From positions 151,396 through 215,395 of IMG/VR virus record IMGVR_UViG_3300018004_000004: DNA of 64,000 nt. One strand, 5' to 3'. The notes beneath the pieces are model-generated. The model was not told the DNA's origin. It saw only the letters and a list, made by a program, of their open reading frames with translations, and did not search any database. The position numbers and the translations under genes are program-made. Positions 29,309 through 40,062 of the stretch are shown here, piece by piece (position 1 is the first letter of the stretch; every line of letters starts with the position of its first letter).

Positions 29309-29692
29309 GTGTCCAAACCACTCATAACAATACCAGCTGGATCCAGAGTTCTGTTGATAGAGGATTCTGGTGCTCGTATTGAATGGTTTCGTGAGCGTAT
29401 TACTGAACGGCTGGATGTCGCTTGGACTCCCGAGATGGCACTAGAGCGCGCCGGACACTGTCTGGAATACGATTTGATCTTCTTGGATCACGATGCCAAG
29501 TGGAATGATCCTCGTGTTACATTCTACGAGGCAGCATTGAGAATGGAACAACTTGAGTACCCAGGCACTGTGGTGATTCATTCACTCAATACGCCTGGCG
29601 CCAAGCGAATGGAGTATGCTTTGGGTCGGAATGCCAAGGTTGTACTATTGCGGTATGGCACATTCGAAATCGAGGTGAAGCATGGCTCTTGA
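29309..29692 (+). CDS. Cyclic-phosphate-processing receiver-like domain protein
   Basis: LLIED...IFLDHD...VVIHSLNTPGAKRM. Confidence 0.7.
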   Translation: MSKPLITIPAGSRVLLIEDSGARIEWFRERITERLDVAWTPEMALERAGHCLEYDLIFLDHDAKWNDPRVTFYEAALRMEQLEYPGTVVIHSLNTPGAKRMEYALGRNAKVVLLRYGTFEIEVKHGS

Positions 29693-30380
29693 GGAAGTGA
29701 TTCAGAGCCTATGGGTAAGCGGTAAACTCTCACCTATGGAGCACCTTTCAATAAGCTCCTACTTAAGGCATGGACATGAGTTCCATCTGTACACGTACGA
29801 GCCTGTTGATAACATCCCTCCTGGCACTATCGTAAAGGATGCGAATAGCATCATACCTTTGGATATGTACGATCCAAAGGACTTTACTTCTCTCGCTCTG
29901 TTCTCCGATTTCTTCCGTTACAAGCTGTTGCTTGATTGTGGTGGTTGGTGGTCAGATACAGACGCAGTGTGCATGCACACGTTTGACTTTGACTCACCTT
30001 ATGTATTCTCGTCCGAGGATACTAAGGAAGATGGTTGGCAAGTCAACGGAGGCACCATCAAAGCACCAAAGAACAGCGACGTCATGGCTTATTGCTGGCG
30101 GCGTTGTTTGGATACAGATCCACACACGGAACTGTGGGGAGTGTGCGGTCCTACATTGATCGCACAAGCCGTGAAGAAGATGTGGTTAGTCAGGTATGTG
30201 CAAGCTCCACATATCTTCTGTTCAGTGCCATGGTGGATGGTGTGGGACTTCAAGGACTTGGCATTCAAACCTGATCCGCTGGCATATGCCGTCCACTTGT
30301 GGAATGCAATGTGGATCCAGGAACAGATGGATAAGAGTTTGATACCAACAAGTCTGAAGGAGGCAGCGTATGGCTCTTGA
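29682..30380 (+). CDS. GT32-like DXD glycosyltransferase
   Basis: IQSLW...SYLRHGHEFHLY...FSDFFRYKLL...GGWWSDTD...HLWN. Confidence 0.85.
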   Translation: MALEEVIQSLWVSGKLSPMEHLSISSYLRHGHEFHLYTYEPVDNIPPGTIVKDANSIIPLDMYDPKDFTSLALFSDFFRYKLLLDCGGWWSDTDAVCMHTFDFDSPYVFSSEDTKEDGWQVNGGTIKAPKNSDVMAYCWRRCLDTDPHTELWGVCGPTLIAQAVKKMWLVRYVQAPHIFCSVPWWMVWDFKDLAFKPDPLAYAVHLWNAMWIQEQMDKSLIPTSLKEAAYGS

Positions 30381-31080
30381 GGACATTCGAGCACCAGGAC
30401 GTCATGGAGCAAACATATACCGCATTGTCTATCGCTTCCTGCATGCTAACATTGGGAAGCCTTGGGCTAGCGTGTATTCCCGTTTGTGCGCCGTGGCCGA
30501 TTCACGCACGTACAAAGGCGAAGAGATCCGTCGTTGTATCGGCTATGAAGTCGATATCAATGGCTTCAGGACGAAGCGTTGGCGCAATGATCTCTTCGTC
30601 GATGACGGTGGTATCCTGCGTGAGTTCAAGCAGGATCCCTGGAAGACGAGTTGGGACAGGGCAAGGAAGAATGCCTCTGTCACACGAATCCTCTTCGCGA
30701 AGGATGGGCCTGATCTCTGGTATGAGATTACAGAGATCCCTGACGGGCCGCGCGCATCTAAGTACACCAAGATGCACAAGACCTGGTTCAGGGTCCTGCG
30801 TACGATCGTAAAGGACACGCGTCCTTTGGATGAATGGGAGATTGAACGTGCTAAGATGGGTCTTACCAAGGCACAGCAAGGCAAGAAGAAGTGGTACAAG
30901 GAGATCTCGACTGAGACGTACCACAGGACACAGGTAGGAAGCAAGCTACTGCATATTCTCCAGATAGTGGCTGCGAAGCGCAATCCACCTGGGTATAAGA
31001 TCCTTCGGCTCGAGTATCACTGGAACCATGCCAAGGATGAGCACTCTATGAGTGCTTATGTTTCCGGACAAAGTCAATAA
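30370..31080 (+). CDS. Hypothetical protein
   Basis: 236 aa; RFLHANIGKPW..VYS.LC...D.R. Confidence 0.6.
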   Translation: MALEDIRAPGRHGANIYRIVYRFLHANIGKPWASVYSRLCAVADSRTYKGEEIRRCIGYEVDINGFRTKRWRNDLFVDDGGILREFKQDPWKTSWDRARKNASVTRILFAKDGPDLWYEITEIPDGPRASKYTKMHKTWFRVLRTIVKDTRPLDEWEIERAKMGLTKAQQGKKKWYKEISTETYHRTQVGSKLLHILQIVAAKRNPPGYKILRLEYHWNHAKDEHSMSAYVSGQSQ

Positions 31081-31980
31081 TCAGGAACGTACTGAACGTT
31101 CCAAGCATAAGCAGGACTGTCATGGTTTGGCCTCACTGATTATGTAGCACGTTAGTGGCCATACCTTAAGCCTTGTGTTATCATAGGCTTCAGTCCTGCT
31201 TTACGTGTTTTTGGAGATGTATTCTGCAATAGGGGTGATGCATATGTCAACACTCAGAAATGCCTGGCAACGTTTCCTGCATTGGGATTTGGCGTACGCT
31301 GTCCGAGATTGGTTCGTCCAGATCTACCTCGAACGCGTTGTCCAATACCATGCTGTGACCAGCCAGGTCCTGTTCGACTTTAAGAACGGCGAATGGGAAG
31401 AGCTGATCAGTGGTCCAGAAGACGATCGCACCAGTGGATTGGTGCACGTATTCATCGATCAGATGCTAGCCACCGGCGACCCAGCAAAGCTGGTGATCGT
31501 AGTTCATACTCGCCAGGACAGTGGGTATGTCATGGGTATGACCCACGAGAAGAAACACAAGACATTCTTCTTCAGGGCCGGCACGTATGAAATGGCCCAG
31601 GCTTTCACAGACATCTGTCTGTGGATCAAGGAGGCATAGATGGTGAGCTCGATCCTTCTTGGATTAGCCGCCCTTTGTCTCTGGTTGGCAGGTGCTATTC
31701 GCTTCCCAGAGGCTTTTGGGCTGCGAACCCGAAAGAGAGGCCACTAATGGCCAAGTTGAAGGCAAACGTTCGCCCACGGCGCTGCAAACGCGACACACGT
31801 GTGTTTAAGGGCACGTGCTCGAACTGCCGCGACAAGAAAGTGGATGTAACCAAGGTCAAAGGCAGTCAGGTATGCATGGATAAGTGCCTGTCTGGCCTGA
31901 TCATGGACAGACCGAAGGTATCTGATCCAGGCATCCTTCAGATACTGAAAGATGGCGTGCTCGGCACAAGTTAAGGCTCT

Positions 31981-32475
31981 ATGCTCTACAAATGTAAGAG
32001 ATCAGGATGTAAGAACAGATTCTCCCGGAAAGGTATAGGAAAAGGGAGAAAACTATACTGTTCAGAGGAATGCGCCGATTTCATGCGCAACCAAAGATGG
32101 CGCCTTAAACATCCCGATAAGAGACGCCAATATTTGAACGAATGGCAGGAACAAAACCTTCCATTTCTTATGTTCTGGACGGCGAAGGGCAGAGCATCAA
32201 AGAAGCACTTAGATTTTGACATTGATGTCTCTGATGTCATTATTCCTGAGTTCTGTCCGGTGCTTGGTATTAGATTAGAGACCAAGCGCAATAAAGCAAC
32301 CAGGTTCACTACTTCACCTTCCCTTGACAGGATAGATTCGACCAAGGGTTATGTGAAGGGTAATGTGCGCGTTATCTCCGCGCGCGCCAACTGTTTGAAG
32401 AACAATGCTACAGTTGAAGAACTGGAGATGGTTCTGGCTGATTTAAGGGCCATTACTGGAGGATCCCATGGGTGA
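31981..32475 (+). CDS. HNH-type (homing) endonuclease with N-terminal Zn ribbon
   Basis: CPVLGI...SPSLDRIDSTKGYVKGNVRVISARANCLK. Confidence 0.88.
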   Translation: MLYKCKRSGCKNRFSRKGIGKGRKLYCSEECADFMRNQRWRLKHPDKRRQYLNEWQEQNLPFLMFWTAKGRASKKHLDFDIDVSDVIIPEFCPVLGIRLETKRNKATRFTTSPSLDRIDSTKGYVKGNVRVISARANCLKNNATVEELEMVLADLRAITGGSHG

Positions 32476-32770
32476 TAACTTAGCAGGGCCTCTCGTAAGG
32501 GAAGCTATCAACCTATGCTTCCTCATACTTGTTCTCTGGGGCGCTTGGCGTCTACTAAGAAAGAAGCATAAGTGATGCCAATCATACTTATGCTGATTTC
32601 TTATTGCCTCCCCAGAAGAAATATAAAGACGTTTCTTTCTGGACAACTGCCACCATCTAAGTGGGATGATACCTTGCCAGTATGGAAGAGATACAGAGCG
32701 AAGTACTCACAAAGGACCTTACAAGCTATTCATCCGAAACCTCCCATTGATTTGGAACCTCTTTGGGAAG

Positions 32771-33313
32771 ATGTGGAGGTGTAATATCTACTTTTTTTTC
32801 GATGCCAACAGGTACTCATCTGTATTCACCCGGAAAGCCATACAGAACAAAGAGATAGGCAGTCTCTGGCTGACTTCCTGGCGTGATGTAGATACCAACG
32901 TGCGACACGACATAGCGTACAAAGCCGAGACTAACAATCAGGCTGAGTACACCAGCATGCTGAACATCCTTAAGCATATCCGTGCCAACGCTCCTGGCAT
33001 ACGTCACTGGCTGTCAGAGGCTACCATCATTGGTGACTCCCAGCTGGTGATTAACCAGATGACTGGCGAGTATGCCATTAAGGAAGAAGGACTTAGACCT
33101 CTGTTTCTGGAGGCGGTCAACCTCGTACACGTGTTGAAGGAAGAGTTCGACATCGTGGTACGTTTTTATTGGGTCCCGCGGGAGCTGAATAATGAAGCTC
33201 TCGATCTCACCGCCAGGCTGAAAGATCTTCCTTCTCATCTACCTGTGACGGCCGAGGATATCGTGAAGGGACAAGCTGATGCAGAAGACCAGGGAAACGG
33301 AACTGAACCCTGA
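32771..33313 (+). CDS. rnhA: Ribonuclease HI family protein (start uncertain)
   Basis: FFFDA, TNNQAEY, IIGDSQLVINQMTG, WVPRELN. Confidence 0.88.
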   Translation: MWRCNIYFFFDANRYSSVFTRKAIQNKEIGSLWLTSWRDVDTNVRHDIAYKAETNNQAEYTSMLNILKHIRANAPGIRHWLSEATIIGDSQLVINQMTGEYAIKEEGLRPLFLEAVNLVHVLKEEFDIVVRFYWVPRELNNEALDLTARLKDLPSHLPVTAEDIVKGQADAEDQGNGTEP

Positions 33314-33698
33314 TCTGGTCGTTGGCAGGGAAACTACCATCGACCGGCTGGGAAGGATCGTCTCCGATGCTGTCGAGCAGAAGAAGACGACCTTCCCTCA
33401 GCAAGTAATGTTGCTTCGGTCCTACGCCAGGAAGTTGTGCCCTGTCTACATGAACTGTCGCAGGGAGAACTGGTGTTGGCTGTGCAACTCTGGCGAGCGG
33501 GGTGTTTACAACCGCGGCGCGCTATGTTTGGAGTGTAAGCTGCTCGATAACTCCGCGCGTCTTCACTACAACAAGACATTGGTGCAGATCTCACAGACCG
33601 CGCACAATCACACGGACCAAAGCGTGCCTATGAATGAGATCGGCAACAGTACTACAGAATCCAGTGAATGGCCGCGTGAGCGGACTACTCTGGGTTAG

Positions 33699-33768
33699 GT
33701 GGTTGCAGGAAGCAGGCAAGCTAGGGCATAGACACCTGCCGTTTATGCTCTAGCTTCCTGTATCTATC
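33699..33768 (+). other. Long intergenic hairpin (16-bp inner stem)
   Basis: aagctagggcatagac / gtttatgctctagctt, extendable by tgcagga/tcctgta. Confidence 0.65.
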
Positions 33769-33788
33769 TCGATTAGGAGAATCAGACC

Positions 33789-34232
33789 ATGAGTCAGAAC
33801 AACAGACAGTACCGCGGCGCCACGGTCGCGGAGTTCATTCCACAGGATCAGTTGGAAGAGATCAAGAAGTTTGCTCTCGGCCCTCAGACCTTGGAAGGGA
33901 AACTGGCGCTGTACGCGAAGTACGCCACGGAGCATGAGGTGGCCAATCCGAAGGATCCGAAGCGAAAGGATCGTCGGAGCCGTCTCGGTTCCTTCATCAA
34001 CAAGATGTTCAATACCGAGCTCGTTCTGCCTTCCACTGGCCGGCGTCAGCAGATCGGCAAAGCGATCAAGTTCGGGAAGGAATATCTCCAGGATCACTCC
34101 GATGTGTCCGTGTATTACGCGGCCGCCATGGGAGCTGCCCTCGAGTACCGCGAATGGATGGCCTGTATTGGCGGCCTTTCCGAAGCGCAACAGCTCGCAG
34201 TTCTGAACAACGACCAAGAGATCCCAGCGTAA
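33789..34232 (+). CDS. Hypothetical protein
   Basis: AGGAG RBS, 147 aa. Confidence 0.65.
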   Translation: MSQNNRQYRGATVAEFIPQDQLEEIKKFALGPQTLEGKLALYAKYATEHEVANPKDPKRKDRRSRLGSFINKMFNTELVLPSTGRRQQIGKAIKFGKEYLQDHSDVSVYYAAAMGAALEYREWMACIGGLSEAQQLAVLNNDQEIPA

Positions 34233-34273
34233 TCTGATCTGTAACAGATCACGTGCTCTTAGAAAGGAGTATC

Positions 34274-34540
34274 ATGGTACGGCTAGGTGATCGAGTCAAA
34301 GACGAAATCAGTGGATTCACTGGTATCGTCACGGGACGCTTCGAATATTTGTATGGTTGCGTCCGTGCTTTTGTCCAGCCTGAAAAGATGGACAAAGGCA
34401 AACTACTTGACGGTAATACCTTTGATGAGGATCAGCTGATCGTTGTCAAAGCAGCAGTGAGAGAAGGGGTTCCACCAAAGTCCAAGGTTCCAACTGGTGG
34501 TCCCCGAAGTCTCCGTGAAGTAGCTGGCGAGCGTCGCTAA
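34274..34540 (+). CDS. Small conserved-looking phage protein
   Basis: LGDRVKDEISGFTGIVTGRFEYLYGC..VQP; AAGGAG RBS. Confidence 0.65.
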   Translation: MVRLGDRVKDEISGFTGIVTGRFEYLYGCVRAFVQPEKMDKGKLLDGNTFDEDQLIVVKAAVREGVPPKSKVPTGGPRSLREVAGERR

Positions 34541-34567
34541 GTACTAGCGTAGCTCAGTTCACGAGTT

Positions 34568-34630
34568 GGGAGGGTGGTTCGGAGACGGCACGGACTAATA
34601 ACATCCGTGCTGTGTCCAACCATCTTCCTC
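34568..34630 (+). other. Long imperfect intergenic hairpin followed by a T-tract (terminator or processing site)
   Basis: ggagggtggtt.gga.acggcacgga / tccgtgctgt.tcc.aaccatcttcc. Confidence 0.65.
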
Positions 34631-35815
34631 TTTGTTTGATCATAGAAGGGGTCTTTCATGCAACGTAATAAGTTAGCTGAAGCCCAGCTGATGTGTCTGC
34701 TAGCTCTTCTCCTTAGCGCGCTTTTGCTGCTGGGGAATATCTATCAGATGACAGTCATTGCAGAGCAGAAGATTCGTATCAAACAGCTCTGGCAAGATGC
34801 ACAGCCCTGTATCATGAAGGGTGTGATGCCTCATGCCTCTCGACGTTAGACCAGGAACACCCTTTGTTCGGGTATATAGCGTAAAGCATTTGGATTCTTT
34901 GATTCAGCGGGAGAAGCATATCTTCCAGCTGATTATGAACGATCGTCCCCCGGGCCCATCGCAAGTCAGACCAGATGGTACTCACGAGGTTGTGATGACT
35001 GTCCGACCAAAGGGCTTCTTTGCCAGTTGGTCGGCAGAATGTAGGCAATCAGATTTCGGATATGAGTTGCTCTCTCGTGTCCTCGGTGACTGGAAAGGCA
35101 AGTATGATGTTACTGTCTATTGCTTTGATCCAGACTGGTCGGCCCATGAAATAGCCCAGGAGATCTTGGAGTGGGGAACCTAGTAAAAGGAAGCTTTGTA
35201 CGCCGTCGTGAAGACGGGTGTATTGGCGTCGTATCAGAAGTACGACCGGATGGCTATGCTTATGTCCGGTGGCTGCTCAGCTGGGATGAGACAGTGAGAG
35301 CTGCCCGGTATTGGTTGGACTACGTCAACATGGGAGATGTAGAAGAGCTGCCCGGCAATGAAGTGACGGAGCCGTTGTTCGACATAAAGAGATTGATCTT
35401 GGGATGACGAGAGTCATTCCAATACTCCGCACCATGGAAGGAGCAGTATGGCTGAAAAGCAGATGAAGGTGCTCTGTCGCGAGCATTTCTTCGACCTACT
35501 TGATAGTGGGCACGAGGAGTTTCGCATCAAGACAGTGACACCTGGGAAGAACAGGCGCGAGATTCAGGAGGACGCTCCTTTTGATAAGGACGACCCGATG
35601 AGTTACGTGCTTGTGAATCTCATTTTCGATGAGATCACCATCTTTGCCAAGGGTGATTTCTCGGCCCACGACATCGCCGAGGCGCAACGAGTCTACGGCG
35701 GAATCGAATCGAGCAGCTTCCAAGCTCAGATCGATCGACTGAAGAATGACGTCAAGGAGCTCAAGCAGCAGTTGTTAGTGCTCTCGAAGCTCCTTCAACC
35801 GGCGTAAAGGACAGC

Positions 35816-35853
35816 TATGGCAGGGCCTATTCCCGGAACCGGGCCCTGCTATA
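35816..35853 (+). other. Intergenic hairpin
   Basis: tatggcagggcct / gggccctgctata. Confidence 0.55.
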
Positions 35854-36421
35854 ACCACACATGAAAAAGGAAAGCAAACTCTTTATCCAAGATTTACATT
35901 GGGCAGTTCAGCAGACAGCTCTGGCCATGCTTGCGCTTTTCAGCATGTTTGCAGGTGGCTATAACATATCTCTGCTGAGTGAAGCCCTCGATCCTAAGAA
36001 GCCCGGCCAGCCGGCCGCGGACTATGTAGGAAGTCTTATGGGCAATGTCTTCATGGCTTTAGTGATTGGCATTATCTGTATTGTGTGGTATCGTATACGT
36101 AAGCGGAACTACAATGAGGGCCGCCAACAAGAGGACAACGATGGCTAAGTACGAAGTTCGGCTGTACTACAAAGGCAGGGCGGACTGGGACACAGAGTTC
36201 TTTGACGCTACCAGCCACACTGGAGCACGAAATGAAGCTGCCAAGATTGCGAAGCAGCATCATGCTGATCATCACTGCGTAGGTCAGCCGACGCCTCAGG
36301 ATGAGTACAAGCATTCTGGTCCTCTCTCGAAGACCAAGATCTCTGCCCTTGGGACGAACCCCAAGGAGCAAGTGGCTGCTGTTGAAACCATGTTTGGCAT
36401 CAACAGCAAGAAGAAGAAAGA

Positions 36422-37402
36422 ATGACCGACGAACTTGTCAGCAATCAGTTTATACCTTGGCCTCTTGTCAGCAATCAGTTTATACCTTGGCCTCTTGGAA
36501 AAGAGAAGCCAAAGAGAAAGTGCAAGATTATCGTTAATATAGGTCTGCCTGGCTGCGGGAAGACTACGGAAACCCGTGAGCTCATGAAGACCGACGGTAA
36601 TCTGATGAGGGTTAATCGAGATGATCTTCGGAATATGCTCTTCTCCCGTTGGAAGGGGCGTAAGGAGTCGGTTGTCACCGACCTCGAGGCACAGGCTATC
36701 AGAGCTGCTATCCATTATGGATACGACATCATTATCGATGACACCAACCTCAATCCGGGTACCTTGGCGAAGTGGAAGAATCTGGCCAACGAGCTCGGAG
36801 TTCCTCTGGTGGAGAAAAGCTTCGACGTTCCGATCGAGGTGTGCATCGAAAGGGATGTACAGAGAACTGGCCGAGCTCATGTGGGACGTGGAGTTATAGA
36901 GAATATGGCCCTGACTTATGGGCTTATTCCTAAACTCGATCCTGAACAGAAGGTCGTGATCTTTGACATGGATGGCACCATGGCAGATCAGACCGTTCGC
37001 AGGCAGTACATTGAAGGCGAGCACAAGGATTACGATCTGTACTACAACTATGTGAGTATCCTGGGTGATACTCCTGTTGGAGTAGTCATTGACTGGTGCA
37101 ATGCCTGCTATGCAGATGGGCTGATAGTCCTTGTCGTTTCCGGCCGGCCGGCAGATAGGGCAAGCGATGCTACAGTTGACTGGCTTCGTATGTATGGCGT
37201 CAACTATCATCGCCTCTTCATGCGCCCCGGAGGGGACTTCCGAGATGATGACATCATCAAACAGGAGATCCTGGACAAGATCCTGAAGTGGATCAACAAG
37301 GATCAGATCCTGTTTTCCGTGGACGACCGCCCACGAATCATTCGTATGTGGCAACTGAATGGTATTACATGCTATGATGTTGGGAAGGGAGTCGAGTTCT
37401 GA
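36422..37402 (+). CDS. pseT: Polynucleotide 5'-kinase/3'-phosphatase (T4 PseT-like)
   Basis: P-loop GLPGCGKTT, RVNRDDLR, DDTN; HAD DMDGT, VSGR, DDR. Confidence 0.93.
   Translation: MTDELVSNQFIPWPLVSNQFIPWPLGKEKPKRKCKIIVNIGLPGCGKTTETRELMKTDGNLMRVNRDDLRNMLFSRWKGRKESVVTDLEAQAIRAAIHYGYDIIIDDTNLNPGTLAKWKNLANELGVPLVEKSFDVPIEVCIERDVQRTGRAHVGRGVIENMALTYGLIPKLDPEQKVVIFDMDGTMADQTVRRQYIEGEHKDYDLYYNYVSILGDTPVGVVIDWCNACYADGLIVLVVSGRPADRASDATVDWLRMYGVNYHRLFMRPGGDFRDDDIIKQEILDKILKWINKDQILFSVDDRPRIIRMWQLNGITCYDVGKGVEF
36434..36497 (+). repeat. Perfect 30-bp tandem duplication in the PNKP N-terminus
   Basis: cttgtcagcaatcagtttataccttggcct x2 plus cttg. Confidence 0.95.
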
Positions 37403-38197
37403 TGTTTCAGAGATCACGCTGGATGCATTGGAAGGGCCCTCGATGGGTAACTGGTAACACCTGGCTGAAACGAATCGTTAAGACCAGGAATGGACCCAGG
37501 ACGGCTGATAATGTGGTACCGCGTTCTTGAAGGTTTGTTCTGTGTCTTTGCTGGGGCAATCGTGGGTAGCTTGGCCGTCGCTTACCTTGCTGCCCACGCC
37601 CTAGGCAAAGGTCTCATTGAGATGGTGAAAGGACTCATCCGATGAAGAAGATTTGGGCTGTGATCAAAGAGATAGGTTCCTTGTGGATCCTGATTGGAAT
37701 GGTGTTTGGAGTCTGGGGCTTTGGCCTTTACAAGTATACCCACCAAGCACATCAGCCTGTATGCCACTGTGAGTGTAATCATGCCGTACGTTGATTACGT
37801 AGCAGCTGCTGGCCTCATAGTTGCTGGTATCTGCCTTGCATATCTTTGCTGGACTTGTTCTGGTGATGCTGCAGAGGCTGCCAAAGCTGCATGGAAAGCT
37901 AAGCTAGGAAAGTAAGATGCCTCAGATCAGAAAGACTCTCTGGATGATTTATCATGAGCGGCCGGATGGGACGACTTGCCTGGCAAAGAATCCCGAAGGA
38001 TCATTTGGCTTTACTGATCCTACTCTCGGCGCCGCGTGTGTAGCACGTCTTCAGGCAAGCATCTATGGCTTCAAGCCAAAGGTCAGGCTGGAGAATCTAT
38101 TCATTGATACGCGCTATCCCATGATCATCGACCCTGAATATGTCGATGTCAGCTACAACGCCGAGAGCTTTCAGTTGCCTTTGATTCAGTAAGCTGT

Positions 38198-38273
38198 GGT
38201 GGATATAGGACAGCGGTTAGTCCGCCGGATTGTGGCTCCGGACACGTCGGTTCGAATCCGACTATCCACCCCA
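38198..38273 (+). tRNA. tRNA-His(GUG) with encoded G-1 and CCA
   Basis: G+GTGGATA/TATCCAC, C73, anticodon arm CCGGA-TTGTGGC-TCCGG, TTCGAAT loop. Confidence 0.95.
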
Positions 38274-38288
38274 TACCAAGGAGGAAGC

Positions 38289-38639
38289 TTGCGATTAGCT
38301 ATGTTGTTCCTGCTGTTTGCATCTCCTTTGCTTGGCGGCCCGCGCGTCATCAAAGGCCAAAAGGTTCCTGATCAGAAAAGAACACTGGAGATTCAACATG
38401 CCCTGGTCGAGAAAGGTTACCTATCCCAAGCCCAAGTCACCGGGCATTGGGATGCAGAAACTCGCGATGCTTGTAGCCAGATTGCTCGTGAGCATCACTG
38501 GCAATCAAGGCACGTCCCAGACGCCAGGACGTTGATATTCCTGGGCTTGTCCAAGGGCAATCCTGAGGTGCTGTTGCAACCCAATCATTTGGACTACAAC
38601 AAAGGCGCCCCAGATGTGGTTCCTGAGGACGAGCAATGA
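38289..38639 (+). CDS. Exported peptidoglycan-binding domain protein
   Basis: Signal peptide; EIQHALVEKGYL...TGHWDAETR...PDARTLIFLGL. Confidence 0.75.
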   Translation: MRLAMLFLLFASPLLGGPRVIKGQKVPDQKRTLEIQHALVEKGYLSQAQVTGHWDAETRDACSQIAREHHWQSRHVPDARTLIFLGLSKGNPEVLLQPNHLDYNKGAPDVVPEDEQ

Positions 38640-39572
38640 AATGGTGGCAACGAATAGTAAGTAATAATCATAGCTGGATACGATTGCGTTGGAGACGACA
38701 TATTCGTAGGCTTAGAGAGCCTACTTCTGATGTCTATCCGAGGTCATTTTGATGAGTGTAACTGCTAATGGAATATTGATGGCAAAGCCACCCTTCCCGA
38801 AGATCACAGCCGTAGCAATCCGCGGCGGCAAGAGATACGAAAAGGATCTTGCACAGCATTTTAAGATGGTAGCATTCTGGAATATATTCCCATATTGGAA
38901 CGCTCCAGATGCTATGTATGTAGCCTGGGCCAATCGAGTTATACCTTTGGAGGGACAATGAGTGCGTTCGAAAGACGTGAGAGAGGGAAGTGGGCATTCA
39001 AAGCAGTACCCGCTACCGATCTCACTACACTTGCGATCGGGCCTATCAATGCAGTCGTCAAGAACGGCTGCACGCAGGCCGAGGCAAGTATAGATGCAAA
39101 CTATGGCACAGTTACAGCTCGTGCCTATTTCAACTGCCGGGGCTACCTAGCAGTAGAGTATCGTGGCATTCGTCGCGGTGAAGAGACGAATGATAACAAT
39201 AACATGCCAAGGTCCAAGAAGGAGGACTAATGCAGGCAGAGTTTAGACTGACTGGAAACAATGGAGCCAACAACACTAATAGTGTTGTACGTGCTATCTT
39301 GGTCCAGGTAAATGACGTACCACTTGATGCTTCTCCGAAGCTCATCACAAAGTTACAGAAGGCAGCTTCGGATTTCGAGAAGGCAATGCAAGATCTCATC
39401 CCGAAGAAGGAGGCCTGATGCAAGGCAAATGCACCAGTGGTGTAGGCAGTTACCGCCGGCACAAGTGGCAGGAAGATCAGACGTGCCGTCGTTGTGGCAA
39501 GAAACGCAACCCGAAGGCTGGGGACAAGATGTTCCGCGTTTCAATCGATCGCAGTAAGAAGGAGAAGGACTA

Positions 39573-40061
39573 ATGGGGCACAAAGACGCCCGAGCAATAC
39601 AGCAGCTGCAAGGCGTGAAGAAGGATGATCCCTTCGACACGGACGAGAAGAAGATCAAGGAGCTGCGTAAGCAGCGTGATCCGGCCCTTGGAGTGATCGC
39701 TGTCAATCGCTTCGACTTCATCGACGCTTTGTTCCGCGCGTATGATACGGAAGTTGCCGCGGTTGCACAGCTTGGGCCAGCTTGCTCAGCTTTGCTGAAG
39801 CGCGCCGAAGAGGCCGAACTGCGCTGCCGCGAGCTGACTGGAGAAGTTCAGCAGCTTAAAGCGCAGAATGCCAAGCTGAATGCGATCGTTGCGGATCCTC
39901 ATGGCGACTTCGGAGAAGCACCAAGTGAGGAAGCAACTCTGAATGCCGATGCAGAAGCCGATCGGCTAGAAGATTCTATTCTGCCGCCGGTGGCGCAAGC
40001 TGCTGAGGCAGTTATGGAAAGCGAAACAGCTCCCGGAGTTCCTCCGGTAGAAGCATCGTAA
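39573..40061 (+). CDS. Hypothetical coiled-coil protein
   Basis: 162 aa, RBS, acidic tail. Confidence 0.6.
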   Translation: MGHKDARAIQQLQGVKKDDPFDTDEKKIKELRKQRDPALGVIAVNRFDFIDALFRAYDTEVAAVAQLGPACSALLKRAEEAELRCRELTGEVQQLKAQNAKLNAIVADPHGDFGEAPSEEATLNADAEADRLEDSILPPVAQAAEAVMESETAPGVPPVEAS

Positions 40062-40062
40062 C

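Noticed and set aside
34548-34630. tRNA-like start (TAGCTCAGTT)
   Set aside because: No cloverleaf, anticodon arm or acceptor pairing follows; it is a simple long hairpin.
38196-38288. N-terminal part of the 147-aa ORF
   Set aside because: It is the tRNA-His gene read in frame; the CDS more plausibly starts at TTG 38289 after GGAGG.
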